From Dehalococcoidia bacterium (GTDB lineage: Bacteria; Chloroflexota; Dehalococcoidia; Bin125): a stretch of DNA of 64,000 bases. The DNA is taken from assembly GCA_963663235.2 (NCBI GenBank), contig CAXXNO010000012.1:1-64000 (forward strand). Reading direction: 5' to 3'. The notes beneath the pieces were generated by a model. That model was not told where the DNA came from. It searched no databases and worked only from the letters and a program-made list of their open reading frames with translations. The position numbers were made by a program, and so were the translations under genes. Of the stretch, positions 58,649 through 64,000 are shown one piece after another. The stretch's first letter is position 1. Each line of letters begins with the position of its first letter.

Positions 58649-61600
58649 ATGGCCTACGTCGAGCTGCACTGCCACAGCGGCTACTCGTTCCTAGACGGCG
58701 CTTCCACGCCGAACGAGCTGGCGCACTACGCCCACGCCCTCGGCCATTCGGCGCTCGCGCTCACGGACACCGACGGGCTCTACGGCGCGATGGAGTTCGC
58801 GAAGGCGGCGAGCGCCTGGGGGGTCCGGCCGATTATTGGCGCGGAGGTCACGCTGGCAGGGCCCGACGGGTCGCGGCCACGCATGGATCGCCCGGCCGAA
58901 GGCTATCGGCTGCTTTTGCTCGTCGAGAACGCCCACGGCTACGCCAACCTCTGCCGCCTGATCACGGCCGCGCACCTCGCCCACGAGAAGGGCGAACCGG
59001 CGCTCGACCCGGCGCTGCTGGCGACACATGCGAACGGCCTGATCTGCCTGACCGGCTCGCCAGATCACGGCGAGGTGGCGCGCCTCGCGTCGGCCGGCGA
59101 CCTCGACGGTGCACGCGCCGCCCTCGCGCGACTCGTCGAGTGGTTCGGGCATTCCCGGATCTACGTCGAACTCCAGCACCACTACGCCCCCGGCGACCGC
59201 AACAGGAACGAGCGGTTGGTGGCGCTGGCCCGCGACTGCGGCCTGGCAGTGGTGGCGACGAACGACGTGCACTACCACGCGCCGGACCGGCGTCGTCTGC
59301 AGGATGTGTTGGTCGCGATCCGCACGCACCAACCGCTCGACGCCTGCCACCGCGAGCGCTTCCCCAACGGCGAGTATTACCTGAAGTCCGAGGCGGAGAT
59401 ACGGGCCGCCTTCGCCGACTGGCCCGAGGCGATCGAGCACACGGGCGAGGTAGCGGAGCGCTGCCGCTTCGACATCGAGTCCCAGCTCACCTACCGCTTC
59501 CCCGATTACCCCACGCCCCAGGGCGAGCCGCCCGACGCCTATCTCCGCGCCGTCTGCGAGGCCACGATACGCGACCGCTACAGCACCGTCACCGGCGCGG
59601 TCCCTCCGAACGTGCAAGCGCGGCTTGAGGAGGAGCTGCGACTGATCGCCCGGCATAGACTCGCGGGTTTCTTTCTCATCTACCGCGACCTGATCGAGGA
59701 GGGGAAACAAGTGCTGGCGGAGCTGCGGGCCGAGCGCGGCGACCCCACGCCCGTGACCCACCCGCCGGGACGGGGGCGCGGCTCCTCGGTCGGATCGCTG
59801 GTCTGCTACCTGATCGGGCTCTCCCACATCGACCCGATCGCCAACGACCTCTTCCTGGGACGCTTCCTCAACGAGGAGATGGCAGCCGTTCCCGACATCG
59901 ATCTGGACTTCTCACGGGAGGTGCGGGAGCGGATGATCGCGCGCGTCTACGAGCGCTGGGGGCGGGATCATGTCGCGCTGACCTGCACGTTCCCGACCTA
60001 CCGCACGCGCGGGGCGATCCGGGAAGTGGGGAAGGCGCTCGGGCTTCCCGCACCGGCCCTGGACAAGCTCGCCAAGCTCGCCGCCCGGACCGGCGTGGAG
60101 GACCTGCCGCAGGAGATGGCGCGGCTGCCCGAGTTCCGCGACCAGACCCGCACCCCGATGTGGCGGCACTTCTTCCGCCTCGTGCAGGAGATCCACGGGC
60201 TGCCGCGGCACGTCAGCCAGCACGTGGGCGGCATGATCATCTCCTCCACTCCCCTCGTGAAGTGCGTGCCGCTGGAGAACAGCCGGATGCCGGGGCGAGT
60301 GGTCTGCCAGTGGGACAAGGACAGCATCGACGACGCCCGCTTCATCAAGATCGACTTCCTGGCCCTGGGGATGCTCTCAGCGGTGGACGAGTGCCTAGAC
60401 CGGATCCGCGCGCGCACGGGCAAGAGCGTGGATTTGTCGCGCATCGACTTCGCCGACCCGCGCGTCTACTCGGCGATCCAGGCCGGCGACACGGTGGGCA
60501 CGTTCCAGGTCGAGAGCCGCGCACAGATCCAGAGCATCATCCGCACGCGGCCCGAGAACCTGGAAGACCTGACGGTCCAGGTGGCGATCATCCGGCCGGG
60601 CCCCATCGTCGGCGGCGCGGTGAACCCGTACATCAATCGGCGGATGGGGCGGGAGCTCGTGACCTACGACCACCCGCTCTTGGAGCCCGCCCTGAAAGAG
60701 ACGCTGGGGGTGGTGCTCTATCAGGAGCAGGTGATCGAGGTCGTGATGGCGATCGGCGGGTTCTCGCCCGGACAGGCGGACCAGATGCGCCGGGCGATGC
60801 GCCGCAAGCGGTCGTTCGAGGCGATGGCGGAGTTCTGGGAGGCCTTTCGGGCCGGCGCAGCCGAGCGAGGCATTGCCCGTGATTTGGCGGAGACGATCTT
60901 TCGCAAGCTGCTGGGGTTCGCCGAGTTCGGCTTCCCCAAGAGCCACGCCGCCGCCTTCGGGCTACTGGCCTATCAGTCGAACTGGCTGCGGGTCCATTAC
61001 CCGGCGGAGTACCTGGCGGCGTTGCTCAATGCGCAGCCAATGGGCTTCTATTCGCCCGAAGTCCTGGTCGGCGACGCGAAACGCCACGAGGTGCCCCTCC
61101 TCGCGCCCGATATCAACCGCAGCACGGACCGCTGCGCGCCGGAAGGCGAGGGCGTACGTCTGGGTCTCGCGATGGTCCGGTCGATCGGTGAGACGCCGGC
61201 GAAAACGATCGTCCAGGAACGGGATCGCTACGGCGCCTACGGCTCGCTGTTCGATCTCTACCGGCGCGTGCCGTTGCGGCGGGAGGGGATCGAGGCGCTG
61301 ATCGAAGCGTGCGCCTTCGACTGGACGGGGCTGGAACGGCGGGAACTCCTCTGGCAGGTGGGATTGTTCTACCAGCCTGTCGCGCAGCCGGCCGGTGAGG
61401 CGGCCCGAACGGCGCCGAGTCCCCGGCAGTTACCGTTGGCGCTCCCGACGGTGCAGGACCAGCCGCCGCTGCGGCCGATGAGCCGCTGGGAACGGCTGGT
61501 GGCCGACTACCGGGCCCTCGGCCTTTCCACCGTCGATCACCCGATGGCGGCGCTGCGAAACTGGCTGGATCAATTGCACGAAGGCGTAGTGCGGGTGGCC

Positions 61601-61906
61601 GGGCTGGAGGAGATGGCCGCGGATGGCCCGGTGACCATCGCGGGCCTCGTGGTCTGCCGCCAACAACCGGAAACGGCCAAAGGGTTCATCTTCCTGCTAC
61701 TGGAGGACGAGACGGGGCTGGCCAACATCGTCGTCAGTCCACAGGTGCACAAGCAGTTCCAGGAGCTGGTGCGGCTAGAGCCGTTCGTCGTGGTGCACGG
61801 CGACTTGGAGCGCAAAGACGGCGTGACCAATGTGATAGGCCGGTCGCTGGAGCGGCTCGAGGTGCCGCCGGAGATGGTCGCGCCGGAGGCGCACAGCTTT
61901 CACTAG
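58649..61906 (+). CDS. dnaE2: Error-prone DNA polymerase III alpha (DnaE2)
   Basis: YVELHCHSGYSFLDGAS, GRGS, PDIDLDF, FGFPKSHA, LLNAQPMGFY, C-terminal AHSFH. Confidence 0.95.
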   Translation: MAYVELHCHSGYSFLDGASTPNELAHYAHALGHSALALTDTDGLYGAMEFAKAASAWGVRPIIGAEVTLAGPDGSRPRMDRPAEGYRLLLLVENAHGYANLCRLITAAHLAHEKGEPALDPALLATHANGLICLTGSPDHGEVARLASAGDLDGARAALARLVEWFGHSRIYVELQHHYAPGDRNRNERLVALARDCGLAVVATNDVHYHAPDRRRLQDVLVAIRTHQPLDACHRERFPNGEYYLKSEAEIRAAFADWPEAIEHTGEVAERCRFDIESQLTYRFPDYPTPQGEPPDAYLRAVCEATIRDRYSTVTGAVPPNVQARLEEELRLIARHRLAGFFLIYRDLIEEGKQVLAELRAERGDPTPVTHPPGRGRGSSVGSLVCYLIGLSHIDPIANDLFLGRFLNEEMAAVPDIDLDFSREVRERMIARVYERWGRDHVALTCTFPTYRTRGAIREVGKALGLPAPALDKLAKLAARTGVEDLPQEMARLPEFRDQTRTPMWRHFFRLVQEIHGLPRHVSQHVGGMIISSTPLVKCVPLENSRMPGRVVCQWDKDSIDDARFIKIDFLALGMLSAVDECLDRIRARTGKSVDLSRIDFADPRVYSAIQAGDTVGTFQVESRAQIQSIIRTRPENLEDLTVQVAIIRPGPIVGGAVNPYINRRMGRELVTYDHPLLEPALKETLGVVLYQEQVIEVVMAIGGFSPGQADQMRRAMRRKRSFEAMAEFWEAFRAGAAERGIARDLAETIFRKLLGFAEFGFPKSHAAAFGLLAYQSNWLRVHYPAEYLAALLNAQPMGFYSPEVLVGDAKRHEVPLLAPDINRSTDRCAPEGEGVRLGLAMVRSIGETPAKTIVQERDRYGAYGSLFDLYRRVPLRREGIEALIEACAFDWTGLERRELLWQVGLFYQPVAQPAGEAARTAPSPRQLPLALPTVQDQPPLRPMSRWERLVADYRALGLSTVDHPMAALRNWLDQLHEGVVRVAGLEEMAADGPVTIAGLVVCRQQPETAKGFIFLLLEDETGLANIVVSPQVHKQFQELVRLEPFVVVHGDLERKDGVTNVIGRSLERLEVPPEMVAPEAHSFH

Positions 61907-62055
61907 GTCTGGAAGATCAGGAGGAATGCACCATCGAAGGTCGCCGATTCGCCTGGATCGGTGTAAGACGAGCGGACGATCAAGCAGTCGGTCAACCGCT
62001 CAAACCGGCTCAGCCCTTTTCCTATCTGGTAGTGCAGGCCAGATGAGGTTGGGCA

Positions 62056-62145
62056 CCCGTGGGACCACAACATGCCGTCCGACGGCCGCCGAGCGCTCAG
62101 ATCTACCGGGAATCGTCGGCGATCCGAGTTTTGTGGTCCCACAGG
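62056..62145. mobile_element. 90-bp MITE-like element, copy C
   Basis: gtgggaccacaa ... ttgtggtcccac; homologous to copies A and B. Confidence 0.75.
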
Positions 62146-62382
62146 TGCCGCTGCGCGGAGTGGAGAGCCGGTCGACGTGAGCGGCCGGCAGATCGGGCAT
62201 CGGATGCTGATCGTGCACTGAGGTGGGGTGGAAGACACGTCGTACGGCCGCGTCATGGAATCGCGCGATAGATCCCGCACGTCGCCGGATCGCGACGCCC
62301 GCGGGCCGGTAGACTGCCGCCTATCGAGCAGCGCGCGATCTGGCGCGGCCGCCGCCGGCCGTGCCGGGCGAGAAAGGATGCG

Positions 62383-63152
62383 ATGACGATGTATGAGACC
62401 GATCAGTACGAGGGCATGCTGGCCGAGACGATCACCGTGCGCGGCGCCGGCGGCGATCTGATCCACGCGTACTTCGCGCGGCCGTTGGGGGCCGGGCCAT
62501 TCCCCGGCGTCGTGCTCTTTCACATATGCCGGGCTGGGACGAGTGGTACAAAGAGACGACTCGGCGCTACGCGCATCACGGCTACGCGACGATCAGCCCC
62601 GACCTCTACTGCCGTGCAGGACATGGTGCGCCGGACGACGTGACGGCCAAGATCCGGGCCGAGGGCGGTGTGGCGGACGATCAGGTCGTGGCCGACGCGG
62701 AAGGGTGCATGGCGTATCTGCGCTCCTTGCCGATCCTGAACGGCAAGATCGGCCTGATGGGCACCTGTTCAGGCGGGCGGTATTCGTACCTGACCGGCTG
62801 CCGCTCAGACGGAGTCGACGCCGTGGTGGACTGCTGGGGAGGGGGCGTGGTGATGGCCGACGACGGCCTGACGCCGCAGCGTCCGGTCGCGCCGATCGAT
62901 CTCACCGAGTCCCTTCGCGCGCCCCTGCTGGGGTTATTCGGCGAGGACGATCAGAGCCCCACGCCCGATCAGGTAGCGCAACACGAAGAGGCGCTCAAGC
63001 AGCATGGCAAGCACTACGAGTTCCACATGTACCCCAATGCGGGGCACGGATTCTTCTACTACGACCGGCCGGCGGCCTACCGGGCCGGGCCGGCTGTGGA
63101 CGGCTGGGAGAAGATCTGGGACTTCTTCGGCCGCACCTTGCAGTCGGCCTGA
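62383..63152 (+). pseudogene. Dienelactone hydrolase family protein, frameshift near 62523
   Basis: PFPGVVLFH in one frame; MPGWDEW...GTCSGG...D...GHGF in the next. Confidence 0.85.
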
Positions 63153-63182
63153 GCGCGAGACGGGAACAAGGAGGCTAGGCCC

Positions 63183-63458
63183 ATGTGCACGATGATTGCT
63201 GAGCGCCTGACGGTGCAGGGGAGCGGGAAGGGCCGCGAGGGCTGGTTCCCCCTAACTCAGGCATACGTCTCATACGACCACCCGATCTACGCGCCTTTGG
63301 ATCACGCGCTGAACCTCGACTTCGTCAATGATGCGTCGGGGTTGGGGGCGCGTGTGGCGGTCGAGTTGGACGCGGCGTCCGCCGAGCAGTTAGCTCGGGC
63401 GATCCTGGAGGTGCTGGAGCAGGCCAAGTCCGAGCACCTGACCGATGGCGACCTGTGA
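63183..63458 (+). CDS. DUF6295-family protein
   Basis: MCT.I......GSGKG..GWF......SYDHP..APLDHALNLDF......ARVAVEL. Confidence 0.8.
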   Translation: MCTMIAERLTVQGSGKGREGWFPLTQAYVSYDHPIYAPLDHALNLDFVNDASGLGARVAVELDAASAEQLARAILEVLEQAKSEHLTDGDL

Positions 63459-63469
63459 AGGCTCGATAA

Positions 63470-63561
63470 TCCATCCGTTCTGATCTCAGCACGGTCGGCG
63501 GTCTTCGCGCTGCTCATTCACGTTCGGAATCAGAACTGATGGAGTTTTGGCGCCCCACAGG
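63470..63561. repeat. Inverted pair of transposon-end-like motifs
   Basis: tccatccgttctgat ... atcagaactgatggagttttggcgccccacagg. Confidence 0.6.
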
Positions 63562-63579
63562 CGAACGCGGCGGTTGGCG

Positions 63580-64000
63580 TTAGCGCTCGTAGATCAGGGC
63601 GGCGGCGGTGAACCCGTCAACCTGGGCCGCCGTCTTCCCCACGAAGACTTCGAGCATCAGCGTGCGCGGCGCCAGCAGCTCGAACAGCACGACCCCGTGT
63701 ATCGGGCCATCCACGCCTCTCGCCTCGATCCCGTGCACCAGACTGACGCGATCCCAGGGCGCATCCCCAACCCAGTAGTCGTAGCGCACGAGTTCGTAGG
63801 CAATCGGTCCGGAGTCGACGGAGACGTCCGTTGGATTCGGTGCGTTCCCTCGCACTGCGAACTGCGCCGACGCCCCGTCGAACGTCCCCAGTGAGATCAC
63901 GACCAGCGACGGGTCCAGGTGGTCGTAGGCGACGGCCAGATGTCCGGCCCAATAGCGCGCTGGATCCACCCCGGCGTACCCGTTGGTCCCTTCCTGGAAC
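63580..64000 (-). CDS. Hypothetical protein, 3' part (starts beyond the window)
   Basis: Open frame to the window edge, ending FT..A.IYER*. Confidence 0.6.
   Translation of the reverse strand, partial: FQEGTNGYAGVDPARYWAGHLAVAYDHLDPSLVVISLGTFDGASAQFAVRGNAPNPTDVSVDSGPIAYELVRYDYWVGDAPWDRVSLVHGIEARGVDGPIHGVVLFELLAPRTLMLEVFVGKTAAQVDGFTAAALIYER

Noticed and set aside
1-64000. CRISPR array or cas genes
   Set aside because: No regularly spaced repeat-spacer series and no Cas motifs were seen.

Overview
High-GC (about 70% by eye) bacterial window. Gene content (several F420/LLM oxidoreductases, TIGR03617-type paralogues, acyl-CoA enzymes, a GAAC-N4-GTTC SOS box) is most consistent with Chloroflexota/Dehalococcoidia; this is inference. 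Layout: (i) 1-9.3 kb, a patchwork of catabolic genes and gene fragments separated by a family of short terminal-repeat/MITE-like sequences; (ii) 9.3-39.9 kb, a largely native block bracketed by two near-identical direct IS6 copies, carrying acyl-CoA enzymes, two tandem secreted subtilases, a Wzc-like protein, TA modules, a hybrid kinase, a K+ channel and branched-chain 2-oxoacid dehydrogenase genes; (iii) 39.9-57 kb, an IS graveyard plus a decayed integrative/prophage-like element (ParB-methylase, TerS, TerL, Xis, tyrosine integrase) ending at a tRNA-Arg(CCT) 3' fragment; (iv) a LexA-boxed imuB-DUF6504-dnaE2 mutagenesis cassette followed by dienelactone hydrolase/DUF6295. The most striking signal is that two unrelated dead IS copies (IS6 at 39.9-40.6 kb, IS3 at 53.0-54.2 kb) are degraded almost entirely by A>C/T>G transversions, while the few readable lesions in non-IS pseudogenes are mostly of other types. 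This suggests possible element-directed hypermutation (RIP-like). Also notable are a recurrent uncharacterised C-terminal surface-protein module, cargo genes flanked by duplicated ends of neighbouring genes, and an in-frame terminase/epoxide-hydrolase chimera. All alignments were done by eye.
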